NCBI GenBank assembly: GCA_002104905.1
Contig: MCFE01000574.1
Span: 1 to 56,767, forward strand
Reading direction: 5' to 3'
Origin: Basidiobolus meristosporus CBS 931.73
Taxonomy: Eukaryota > Fungi > Basidiobolomycota
Length of the DNA: 56,767 bases
In this document: piece after piece, positions 26,379-38,385 of the stretch
Numbering within the stretch: position 1 is the stretch's first letter
How the letters are laid out: each line of letters starts with the position of its first letter
Program-made: the position numbers and the translations under genes
The notes under the pieces: generated by a model
Databases searched by the model: none
Seen by the model: only the letters and a program-made list of their open reading frames with translations
What the model was told of the DNA's origin: nothing

Positions 26379-29277
26379 AGTTAATAATAGATATTCCCGA
26401 GCATTTCATTCATTTATAAACTAGATGCAACACCGCATCAGGACAATCTTCTGGCCTTCGATATCTTTGCCGATAACCCTGTGACCGCTGTTGATTGACT
26501 AAATTTCTGGTTTGCAGGGTATCTTTTCTTGATTTGTATCTCGATGTATCCGATTGGAATGTATCTTTTGGTGATATATGTCTAGATTCAATGACTGGGC
26601 ACAAGTAATGGCCGATTGGCAGCCATTCGGGATAATCAGTGCGCGCTGTAAGCTGGTAAGTTTAGCCACCCGGGACAAGTCAATACGCTTTGCAAGCTGA
26701 AAGTTGAGCCACCCTGAAAACGCAACGGGCTTTGTGGGCTGATAAGTGGAGCCGCCCGGGTGAACTAATTGTGAATGATGGTAAAAAAATCTCAAAGAGT
26801 GGCATATTGACGGTATTCATACTGCTTCCCTAATGAGCTCAGTATTGAAAACGAGATCCTAATTGGGCTTCAAACCCAGTTGCAAATAAATACTTCAAAT
26901 AAGTTACTAAGGACCAGTAAATATTCTTATGCAGGTAAAACCTGCTCGATCTAAATAGCAGTGCTATGGAGTTTTGGTGGGCTAATCTGAACTGTCCCCG
27001 GACTATCGCTGAACCAATTCGAAGGGTTACCAATTTCAGTGTTACTAGATCCATATTCCTAATTAGTCCCGTAATTAATGCACTCCAGCTATAAAGGGAT
27101 GTTATGGCGCTCAAGCGAATCATCAGTAATGCTAATTGGGATGTTAGTATTAGGAAGTAAACCCTACTTTCTGTTCTATGCTTGTGGCTTCTTGAGGCCG
27201 CTTGAATGTCGATCTGAAAATCCAACCATTGGATCAATCCGCTTCTCGAAGGGCTTGGTGCTATTGGCCGACTATATTAGTAAGCCTTGGGATTTAATTG
27301 ATATGGATACACTTACGGCCGCGCTCATCCAGATTGTAAACCCGGAGAAGTTGATTATGCCTTTATCAATAAGAAGTCCAGGGTTTTTTCCGAAGGAGAG
27401 GGGTCCCAAATTTTCCCAACAAGCAGTATTTCCCAGAATATTGGCCGCAATGAAGCTCCTTTAGCAACCACTAGAATTTACAGGATAATCATAGACTTTG
27501 AAGAAGTTTCTAATCTAAATTTGTTCAGAACTTACCCGAACATACCGTTTCCATAAGCCACATCCCTGCTGTTAAAGACCTAGGTCGACCAAGCTCCATC
27601 ACACCAAGAATAATGAACTTTCTCAATACTATTCATCGAATATCTAAATTGATAAAGCTACATCGCGGGTGGTATTGGTACTGTTTGCTAAACATGTATC
27701 AAAGTCGTTACTGCGAATCAGAACAAGAGAATAGGATTAAAAACTGTGACAAATGTCAGTAAGAAATGGGAAACACATTTAGCGAGAAATCACTACACAT
27801 ATTCAATTCTAATATTTTTGTGATCGTAATTATGCCATGCGACTATTGATTATGTACTGCTATGAATATAAATAGATATTAAATGTTGCCTTGCCCTCGT
27901 AGTGAATGTTATCATACCTCAATATCCAGACATGCAAGCACCCAGATGGCTGGAACATTATATTCTTGCTGGTTGTTGTAGAAATGTATAGATAATATTG
28001 TAATATACGAACCATATCATTGGTCGTCCTACCGAGGCTAATGAGAAATTCGAAAACCTAGATGAATGTAAGTTATGTTGTCACGATACTGGCACTTTTG
28101 TCATCCTCTATTTAAATGACTAATCAGTTTCCGTGCCTCTGGATAGGCCCCATTAAAGTGTAAGTATTAGATCCCGTATTCGGTACCATAGTGTTTCGCA
28201 TAATGTATAAGATGATTTCAGCACTACAGCCTATGAGATATTTTCTCTCTCGTATACTATACGTGAATATATAAAATTGCGCGCGTTCCTCTATGCCATA
28301 GATTGGTTTGTCTTTCCTACATATGCGATGCGACTACGACTTATTAATCCTGAATTTATTCTTCCAAATGATTACTTGAGTTCCAAAATCCTTTATAAGT
28401 CGGATAAATTGTTTGTTGCTACAGCGGAGTCCTTCTTGGGTTATCCTATAGAATTACCTCTTTAGTCCTACGTAATACTTACAAGATGAACCATGCGCTA
28501 TCCAATTAGTAAAAAATAGAATATTCCATTTCAATATTTCTGGATTCATCGAGTTGTAAATAATTTGCGAGAAAACGATCGCTAGAATCACCTAATTGTG
28601 GAAACTCCATTAAGGGCTCAAGTTGTTATCAGTGAGTTGGCATGGACCATTAAATACTCCCTAATACAGCTCTCGGATTACATATGCTAATAGGGTCGTC
28701 ACCAATCCTGATCTCCACCGTGCAGAGTGGGTAGATCATGGAGTAAAATTCACTACACACATACCATCCACATCAACTCAGCCTTTCAGCGATTTATCCA
28801 AAGCGAAAGAACTATCAAGTTTGGCATTATCTGCACTGAAGTAAATTTCATGTCGACTAATCCAAAATGAATGTTTACGCCCCCAATGGGACATATAGTG
28901 ACGACTGTACTGACACAAATATGGAAGTATTTCTTAACTATCGTATGGGAAACATAATTGCCTATAAATTTACATCACTAGGTTTTAGGCAACGGTGACC
29001 TGACTGATAGACTGACCATAACAGTATGTGGTTAGTGTACTCACTTTATCTGTGATGCTTAATATTAATGCCGAAATTGGTTAGAATTATATGTAATCGA
29101 ATTTAGCGCTATAATCTTGATAAGGATTGTCATAGGGATTTCTTAGTAAAACCTTTCTGACCACTTATAGCTCATTACATAGCAATGATGCACTCAATGT
29201 TAAGGTAGGAGCTGTTGTTATAGTAAGAACCCTTTATTGTGGAGTCTCACTACGGCTCGTTAAATCTGTGGTATTTT

Positions 29278-30168
29278 CTAATTAACAACACTTGAAGTTG
29301 TATTCGTTACCAGCATGTTGCAAGCATTCGAAGTTGTATATCCCGAGTGGCCGCAGACTTTGTTGCTAGGACAACACGACAGATGAGGATTTAGATAGTC
29401 ACCAGTTGGGCAAACAAAGGTGTATGGACTGTCTTCGGATTCGCAGTAGTATCCACCGTAATTGCTATTACAAGCGTTCAAAGCGTTTTGGTACACGCTT
29501 TCGGGAAAGTCCCCACACCCTTCTCTAACATCCTCTTTTTTTACGTTGCACCCATTGCTTGTTAATGAGATGCCCACATGGCCGCATACATTTCCACTGT
29601 CACAACATTCGGTGTCAACGCTTGAAGTTGCGGAATTGCAAACTAATTTGAAGGGGCTATATGCCGAAGGGCAGTAGACACCACCACTGCCAATAGCGTT
29701 GCAGATGCTTACAGCGCTCTGAAACTCCTCTTGCGAAGGCTTTGCTGAGCAATCTTTCTTGCTGGATCCTGAACTTGAGGTCGGCTCCCAGTATTGTTGG
29801 CATAGCTCAGGTATGTTATCAACATTTACGCCTGGATTGCCATTCATATCACACGGAGTGGAATCCCAAAGTCCCACTTCCAAGTTGGTGTATGTATTTG
29901 GGGGGCAACATGTCAGTTGGGCCGGACTTGCTCCATCACATTCGTAATAGTAGACGCCGTTTGTTTCAGGCACCCAGAAGTTGGTAGCGCCGGCATTGAG
30001 ATAGCTGTTGCGACATTTCTCATTGGCAACTTCTTGGGATGTTGCCATCGAGAAAAATGCAGCTCTGTCACCGTTGAATGTAGGGTGCGCATTTGCGAGT
30101 AGTTCACTGCTGGTTGTAAGTGCTAGCACAAGTGCCGACAATCTCATAAAAGAATCGGTGAGCATCAT
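29278..30168 (-). CDS. Secreted Cys-rich protein, 296 aa (copy 3)
   Basis: Intact ORF that differs from copy 2 at only a few residues. Confidence 0.92.
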   Translation of the reverse strand: MMLTDSFMRLSALVLALTTSSELLANAHPTFNGDRAAFFSMATSQEVANEKCRNSYLNAGATNFWVPETNGVYYYECDGASPAQLTCCPPNTYTNLEVGLWDSTPCDMNGNPGVNVDNIPELCQQYWEPTSSSGSSKKDCSAKPSQEEFQSAVSICNAIGSGGVYCPSAYSPFKLVCNSATSSVDTECCDSGNVCGHVGISLTSNGCNVKKEDVREGCGDFPESVYQNALNACNSNYGGYYCESEDSPYTFVCPTGDYLNPHLSCCPSNKVCGHSGYTTSNACNMLVTNTTSSVVN

Positions 30169-30469
30169 AGTTAATAGTAGATATATCCAGGCATTTCATT
30201 CAATTATATACTAGATACAACATCGCATCAGGACAATCTTTTGGCCTTCGATATCTTTGCGGATAGCCCTGTGACCGCTGTTGATTGACTAAATTTCTGG
30301 TTTGCAGGGTATCTTTTCTTGATTTGTATCTCGATGTATCCGATTGGAATGTGTCTGTTCTTGATATATATCTAGATACATCCGATTGGAATGTATCTTT
30401 TGGTGATATATATCTAGATTCAATAAGCGGGCACAAGTAATGGCCGATTGGCAGCCATTCGGGAAAATC

Positions 30470-30600
30470 AGTGCGCGCTGTAAGCTGATAAGCTGAGCCA
30501 CCCGGGAGAATCAATGCTCTTTGCAAGCAGGATAGTTGAGCTACTCCGGAGAAGCAATGCGCTTTGTGAACTGATAAGTGCAGCCACCCGGGAGAACTAG
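30470..30600. promoter_or_regulatory. Upstream ~42-bp imperfect repeat cluster with GATAAG motifs (also ~26640-26765, 34447-34530, 38690-38770, 42855-42975)
   Basis: gcgct..g..(a/g)ctgataag..gagccacccggga occurs 2-3 times about 300-430 bp upstream of each short gene, next to CCAATCG boxes. The regulatory role is inferred. Confidence 0.5.
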
Positions 30601-33252
30601 TTGTGAACGACAGTGCAACAATCTCAAACTGGGGATATATACGGTATTCGTACTGCTTCCCGAAAGAACTCATTATTGATAACGAGGTTCTAATTGGGCT
30701 TGAAACCCGGTTGCTAATGGATACCTCAAATATGTTACCAGGGACCGGTAAATATTCTTATGCAGGTAAAACCTGCTGGGTCTAAAATAGCAGTGCTATG
30801 GAGTTTTGGTGGGCTAATCTGAACTGTCCGCGGGCAGTCGCTAAACCAATTAGAAGGGTCACCAATTTCAGTGTTACTAGATCCATATTCCTAATTAGTC
30901 CCGTAATTAATGCACTCCAGCTTTAAATGGTTGTTATGGCGCTCAAGCGAATCACCAGTAATGCTTATTGAGAACGGGGGTATAGTCGCGATGAGAATGA
31001 CCCAATAATTGAGATATTAGTCTTAGGTATCTAACCCTGCTTCCTGTGCTATGTTTATGGCTTCTTGAGGCCACGAGAAAGTTGTTCTGAAAAATCTACT
31101 ATTTGATCACTCAACTTCTGGAAGGGCTTGGTATGTTTGGTCGACTATATTTGGAAAACTTAAGATTTAATTGATATGGATATACTAACTGCCGCACGTA
31201 CCTAGATGGTAAACCCGGAGAAGTTAATTAAGCCTTTATTGATACATTTCGGCGATTTTTTCCGAAGGAGGAGGGTCCGCAATTTTCCCAGCAAGTAGCA
31301 TTACTTAGGTCGTTGGTCATCAAGAAGCACTTATAGCAAGCACTAGTGATTACATGATAATTACCGGCATCGATGAAGTTTCGCATCTAATTTTGATCAG
31401 AACCCACCTGAACATGCCTTTTCCATAAGCCACGTCCCTACTGTTAAGAATCTAGGCCGACCAAGCTCCATCAAATGAAAAATAATGAGATTTCTCAATA
31501 GTTTTCATTGAATACCGATATGCATAAAGCTGCATTGCGGGTGGTATTGAAATTGTTTGCAAAACATGGGACGAAGTCGTTACTGATGATCAGAACAAGC
31601 TGATAGAAATAAAATCTGTGATAAATGCTAGTATGAATCCGGCATGACATTTAGCAAGTAAGAATTTACTACACATATTTGATTCGTATATTTTTGTGAT
31701 CGTGATTCTGCCATGCAACTATTGATTATGTACTGCAATGAGTATACTTGTAATAATATTAAATGTTGCATCGCCCTCTTGGTGAATGTTATTATACCTC
31801 AATTTCCAGGCCTGCAAGCACCCAGATGGCTGAAATATTGTATTCTTGCTAGCTCTTTCAAAAATGTATACATAAAATTGTATTTTACGAACAATATCAT
31901 AGGTCGTCCATCCGAGGCCAGTGAGAAATTCGAAAATTAGATGAATACATGCAATGTCATCACGATACGGACACTTTTGTCGGCCTCTACCTGCTACACT
32001 AATCGGTCTCTATACATTTGGGTAGGCATCATTACAGTACAAGTTTTACATCAGGTATTCGGTGTCATAATGCTTTATCTACTGTAAAAAATGATTAAGG
32101 CTCGTCGTACTTGTCTATGACGTTCATCAAATCCATGCTAGTCGAGCCTGATTAGGCCACGATCACGTATAACATATTTGTTCTTGCAAATGATTTTTTA
32201 AGATTAGCGGCAGTTGCTACAACGTAATCCTTCTTGAGTTACCCAATCTAATTACCACTTTGTTGCTACGTAGCAAATGGATAATGCTTACAAGATGCAC
32301 CATGCTCCAGCCAAATAAGTAAAATATAGAATATTCTATTCCAATGATTCTGGATTCATTGAGGTGTAAATATTTTGTGAGAAAACGATCGTTGGAATCG
32401 CCCATTTGTGGATATGCCATTTAGAGCTATTGATAAATTATTAACTAGTAAGTTGGCATGGACCACTTTATACTCCCTAATACAGCTCTCGGATTACATA
32501 TACCATGGAATCGTCACCACAATTGATCTCCGCCATGTACAGTGGGTAGAGCATGGCGTCAATTCTCTACACACATAACATCAACCTCAGCTTAGCCTTT
32601 CAGCGATTTGTTCGAAGCGATTGCACTATTAAGTTGAACATTATCTACACCGGAGTTAACTACAAGTCGATTAAGCCATAATAAATGTTTACATACCCAA
32701 TGCAACAAACAGTGGTGACTGTACTGACAAAAACACGGTAGTATTTCTTAACTATCGAATAGGAAACTCTTTTGCCTATAAATGTATGATTTTTGTAAGT
32801 GAATGCGATTGCCGTTGTTTGAGTCGCCATATCAGAGTCTGCCATGTCATGCCCACAGATACTGGAATAAAAATTGCCACTGCTAACGTTGGGACAGCAA
32901 TCCCGATTACGGGATTCAAGGACAGGATTCAATAACAGTACATGTTTCACTAATAGTTTAGGTAACGGTAACCTGACTGATAAACTGATCATAACAGTAT
33001 GCGATTAGCGTACTCACTTTATCTGTGATGGTCAATATTACTGTCGAAATTGGATTTGGCGATGATGTAATCACATTTAGTACTGTTATCTTTGTAAAAA
33101 TTGTTATATGCGGATCAGTTGCACAACCTGTCTGACCACTTATTATTCATTACATAGCAATGATGCACTCAATGTTAAGGTAGGAACTGTTGTTATAGTA
33201 AGAACCCTTTATTGTGGAGTCTCACTACGGCTCGTTAAATCTGTGGTATTTT

Positions 33253-34143
33253 CTAATTAACAACACTGGAAGTTGTATTCGTTACCAGCATGTTGCAAGC
33301 ATTCGAAGTTGTATATCCCGAGTGGCCGCAGACTTTGTTGCTTGGACAACACGACAGATGAGGATTAAGATAGTCACCAGTTGGGCAAACAAAGGTGTAT
33401 GGACTGTCTTCGGATTCGCAGTAGTATCCACCGTAATTGCTATTACAAGCGTTCAAAGCGTTTTGGTACACGCTTTCGGGAAAGTCCCCACACCCTTCTC
33501 TAACATCCTCTTTTTTTACGTTGCACCCATTGCTTGTTAATGAGATGCCCACATGGCCGCATACATTTCCACTGTCACAACATTCGGTGTCAACGCTTGA
33601 AGTTGCGGAATTGCAAACTAATTTGAAGGGGCTATATGCCGAAGGGCAGTAGACACCACCACTGCCAATAGCGTTGCAGATGCTTACAGCGCTCTGAAAC
33701 TCCTCTTGCGAAGGCTTTGCTGAGCAATCTTTCTTGCTGGATCCTGAACTTGAGGTCGGCTCCCAGTATTGTTGGCATAGCTCAGGTATGTTATCAACAT
33801 TTACGCCTGGATTGCCATTCATATCACACGGAGTGGAATCCCAAAGTCCCACTTCCAAGTTGGTGTATGTATTTGGGGGGCAACATGTCAGTTGGGCCGG
33901 ACTTGCTCCATCACATTCGTAATAGTAGACGCCGTTTGTTTCAGGCACCCAGAAGTTGGTAGCGCCGGCATTGAGATAGCTGTTGCGACATTTCTCATTG
34001 GCAACTTCTTGGGATGTTGCCATCGAGAAAAATGCAGCTCTGTCACCGTTGAATGTAGGGTGCGCATTTGCGAGTAGTTCACTGCTGGTTGTAAGTGCTA
34101 GCACAAGTGCCGACAATCTCATAAAAGAATCGGTGAACATCAT
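33253..34143 (-). CDS. Secreted Cys-rich protein, 296 aa (copy 4)
   Basis: Intact ORF, near-identical to copy 3. Confidence 0.92.
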   Translation of the reverse strand: MMFTDSFMRLSALVLALTTSSELLANAHPTFNGDRAAFFSMATSQEVANEKCRNSYLNAGATNFWVPETNGVYYYECDGASPAQLTCCPPNTYTNLEVGLWDSTPCDMNGNPGVNVDNIPELCQQYWEPTSSSGSSKKDCSAKPSQEEFQSAVSICNAIGSGGVYCPSAYSPFKLVCNSATSSVDTECCDSGNVCGHVGISLTSNGCNVKKEDVREGCGDFPESVYQNALNACNSNYGGYYCESEDSPYTFVCPTGDYLNPHLSCCPSNKVCGHSGYTTSNACNMLVTNTTSSVVN

Positions 34144-37100
34144 ATTTAATAATAGATATTTCCAAGCATTTCATTCATTTATAAACTAGATACAACATCG
34201 CATCAGGACAATCTTTTGGCCTTCGATATCTTTGCGGATAGCCCTATGACCGCTGTTGATTGACTAAATTTCTGGTTTGCAGGGTATCTTTTCTTGATTT
34301 GTATCTCGATGTATCCGATTGGAATGTGTCTGTTCTTGATATATATCTAGATGCATCCGATTGGAATTCATCTTTTGGTGATATATATCTAGATTCAATA
34401 AGTGGGCACAAGTAATGGCCGATTGGCAGCCATTCGGGAAAATCAGTGCGCGCTGTAAGCTGATAAGCTGAGCCACCCGGGAGAATCAATGCGCTTGGTG
34501 GGCTGATAAGTGGAGCCACCCGGGAGAACTAGTTGTGAACGACAGTGCAACAATCTCAAAAATGTGGGATATATACGGTATTCGTACTGCTTCCCGAAAG
34601 AACTCATTATTGAAAACGAGATCCTAATTGGGCTTCAAACCCAGTTGCAAATAAATACTTCAAATATGTTACCAAGGACCAGTAAATATTCTTACGCAGG
34701 TAAAGTCGCTAAACCAATTAGAAGGGTCACCAATTTCAGTGTTACTAGATCCATATTCCTAATTAGTCCCGTAATTAATACACTCCAGCTATAAAGGGAT
34801 GTTATGACGCTCAAGCGAATCATCAGTAATGCTAATTGAGGTGTTAGTCTTAAGAAGCTAGCCCAATAATCTATATAATAAATGTGGCTTCCTAAGTTCA
34901 CTAGATTGGTGATCTGAAACAACTACCGTTCGATCACTCCGCTTCTAGAAGGGTTTGGTGCAATCGACTGACTATATTTGTAAACCTCAGCATATTACTT
35001 ACCTGGATACACTTACTACCGCGTTTACGTAGATTGAAAGCCCGAAGAAATCGATTTAGCCTTCATTAATAGTTTTGAGCGATTTTTGCCACAGGATGCA
35101 GATGGTCCCCAATTTTTTGACAGGTAATAATACCTAGAATACTGTTCGCCATGAAGATCTTTTGTAAGGTCTAGTGAATGATTGATAATTACCGGCATTG
35201 AAGAAGTTTCTAATCTCATTTTACTCAGAGCATACCCGTACATACGTTTTCCATAAGCCACATCCCTGCTGTTAACGTTCCAGGCCGACCAAGCTCCATC
35301 ATATGAAGAATAGTGAGCTTTCTCAAAAAAATTCATCGAATAGCTATATTGATAAAGTTGTATTGTGGGTGGTACGAATATTGTTTATAAAACATGGGAC
35401 AAAGCCGTTACTGGTGATCAGAACATGCTAATATGATTAAACGAGCGTAATAAATGCCAGTATGAATCCGGAATGACATTTAGCCTGTAAGAAATTACTA
35501 CACCTACTTGATTCTTATATTTTTGTGATCGTATTATGTCTTGCAACTAATAATATTTTGTGATCATGATTATGCCATGCAAATATCGATGATCTACTAC
35601 TATGAACATACTTGTATTAATATTAAATGTTGCGTTATACTCGTAGTGAGTGTTGTTAAACCTGAATTTTTAGGCCTGCAAGCACTCGAATGACTGCTAC
35701 ATTGTATTCTTGCTAATTTTTTTAGCAATGTATAGATTACTTTGTAATAGACGATCTATACCATTGGTTGTCCTGCAGAGGCAAATGAGAAATTCAAATA
35801 CCGAGATGAATGTGAGTAATTTTGTCACGATACTGATACGTTTGTAGACTTGTTTGACTAATCAGTTTCTATACATTTGGATAGGTCCCATTCTAGTACA
35901 AGTGTTAGATTCCGAATTCTGTGCAATAATGTTTCATAAATGCGATACGACTCTTCATATATTGTAATAGAGGAATCCAGCACTACAACCTATGAGATAT
36001 TTTCTCTCGCGTATACAGTTTTTTAAAATTCATAATCGCGCGCGTTCCTATATACAATATATTATTTGCCGTTCCTACACATGTGATGCGACTATGTTAA
36101 CGAACACTTCGACGTTAATAAATTCTGAGTGGCGGTACCGCTACACTCCGACAAGGCGTCTATCTCAGCTTGTACATGTCTATGACGTTGAACAAGTCGA
36201 TGCCAGTCGAGCCTGATTAGGCCATGATCACGCAAAAACATTTATTTTTCCAAATGATCTCCTCAAATGCTAAATTCATTGGAATTCAATCATTCTTTTC
36301 AGTTACCTATCTAATTACCACTTTGTTGCTACGTAGCAAATGGATAATGCTTACAAGATGCACCATGCTCCAGCCAAATAAGTAAAATATAGAATATTCT
36401 ATTCCAATGATTCTGGATTCATTGAGGTGTAAATATTTCGTGAGAAAACGATCGTTGGAATCGCCCATTTGTGGATATGCCATTGAGAGCTATAGGTAAG
36501 TTATTAACTAGGGATTTGGCATGGGCCACTATATACTCCCTAATACAGCCCTCGGATTGCATATACAAATGAAGTCGTTGTCAATTTTGATCTCCACCAT
36601 GCACTGTGGATAGATTATGGCATCAATTCTCTGCACACACACCATCGATCTGAACTTAGCCTTTCAGCGATCTATCTGAAGCTATTCAGCTATTACGTGT
36701 TGCATTATCCGCACCGGGGAAACTTTCAGGTCGATTCAGCCAAATTAAAAGCTTACATTCTCAATGGAACACATAGTGATGACTGTATCGACAAAAACAA
36801 GGCAGCATTTCTCAATTATCACATTGAAAACTTCATAGCCTATAAACGTATGGTTTTTGTAACCCTGAAATTCGCCAGTTGGGAGAAATTTGATTCAATT
36901 AGAGCATTAGCGAACTAATTACTTAAATAAAGAAACCAGTAAGCTCGTATCCGTTTTTTAAGCCAAATATGAACCCAAGTTCTTCTGTGGGTCTTCAGCA
37001 AAATCATATTCATGCAACATGAAGAGCGGCGGCCATTACTCTACACTTTGGCAATTTTACACTCGTTGCGATTGCTGTTGTTTGAATTACCACTACCAGC

Positions 37101-37494
37101 ATTGCCCATATCATGCTTACTGATACTGGAACAAGCATTACCACTGCTAATGTCGGGAGAGTGATCGCGATAAGTGGAATCAATAAGAAGGCTCAATGAA
37201 AGTACTTTTTTCACTATATGCTTAGGTAATAAAGACTTGACTCATAGACTAATCGCAACATGATGAGCATAACTGTAATGGTTATTATTGAGGTCAAAAT
37301 TGGGGTTGACGTAGAGATAATCGAATTCAGTACTCTTTTGATTGTAAGAATTGGCGGTTCTGTTACATAACTTTCTGACCACTTACCATTGGTTGCACAG
37401 TAATGATGTAATCAATGTTGAGGTAGGAACAGTTCTTATTTCTAGAATACTTTATTTTGGAGTATCACTACTACTGATATGATTTCTGGTATTT

Positions 37495-38385
37495 TTAGTT
37501 TACACTACTGGAAGTGGTATTCGCTACCAGCATGTTGCAAGCATTCGAAGTTGTATATCCCGAGTGGCCGCAGACTTTGTTGCTTGGACAACACGACAGA
37601 TGAGGATTAAGATAGTCACCAGTTGGGCAAACAAAGGTGTATGGACTGTCTTCGGATTCGCAGTAGTATCCACCGTAATTGCTATTACAAGCGTTCAAAG
37701 CGTTTTGGTACACGCTTTCGGGAAAGTCCCCACACCCTTCTCTAACATCCTCTTTTTTCACATTGCACCCATTGCTTGTTAGTGAGATGCCCACATGGCC
37801 GCATACATTTCCACTATCACAACATTCGGTGTCAACGCTTGAAGTTTCGGAATTGCAAACTAATTTGAAGGGGCTATATGCCGAAGGGCAGTAGACACCA
37901 CCACTGCCAATAGCGTTGCAGATGCTTACAGCGCTCTGAAACTCCTCTTGCGAAGGCTTTGCTGAGCAATCTTTCTTGCTGGATCCTGAACTTGAGGTCG
38001 GCTCCCAGTATTGTTGGCATAGCTCAGGTATGTTATCAACATTTACGCCTGGATTGCCATTCATATCACACGGAGTGGAATCCCAAAGTCCCACTTCCAA
38101 GTTGGTGTATGTATTTGGGGGGCAACATGTCAGTTGGGCCGGACTTGCTCCATCACATTCGTAATAGTAGACGCCGTTTGTTTCAGGCACCCAGAAGTTG
38201 GTAGCGCCGGCATTGAGATAGCTGTTGCGACATTTCTCATTGGCAACTTCTTGGGATGTTGCCATCGAGAAAAATGCAGCTCTGTCACCGTTGAATGTAG
38301 GGTGCGCATTTGCGAGTAGTTCACTGCTGGTTGTAAGTGCTAGCACAAGTGCCGACAATCTCATAAAAGAATCGGTGAGCATCAT
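37495..38385 (-). CDS. Secreted Cys-rich protein, 296 aa (copy 5)
   Basis: Intact ORF with the same C-terminus as copy 2 (VANTTSSSVN). Confidence 0.92.
   Translation of the reverse strand: MMLTDSFMRLSALVLALTTSSELLANAHPTFNGDRAAFFSMATSQEVANEKCRNSYLNAGATNFWVPETNGVYYYECDGASPAQLTCCPPNTYTNLEVGLWDSTPCDMNGNPGVNVDNIPELCQQYWEPTSSSGSSKKDCSAKPSQEEFQSAVSICNAIGSGGVYCPSAYSPFKLVCNSETSSVDTECCDSGNVCGHVGISLTSNGCNVKKEDVREGCGDFPESVYQNALNACNSNYGGYYCESEDSPYTFVCPTGDYLNPHLSCCPSNKVCGHSGYTTSNACNMLVANTTSSSVN

Noticed and set aside
26410-27464. Spacer ORFs of 60-157 aa as functional genes
   Set aside because: Their starts, stops and frames are not conserved among the homologous spacers.
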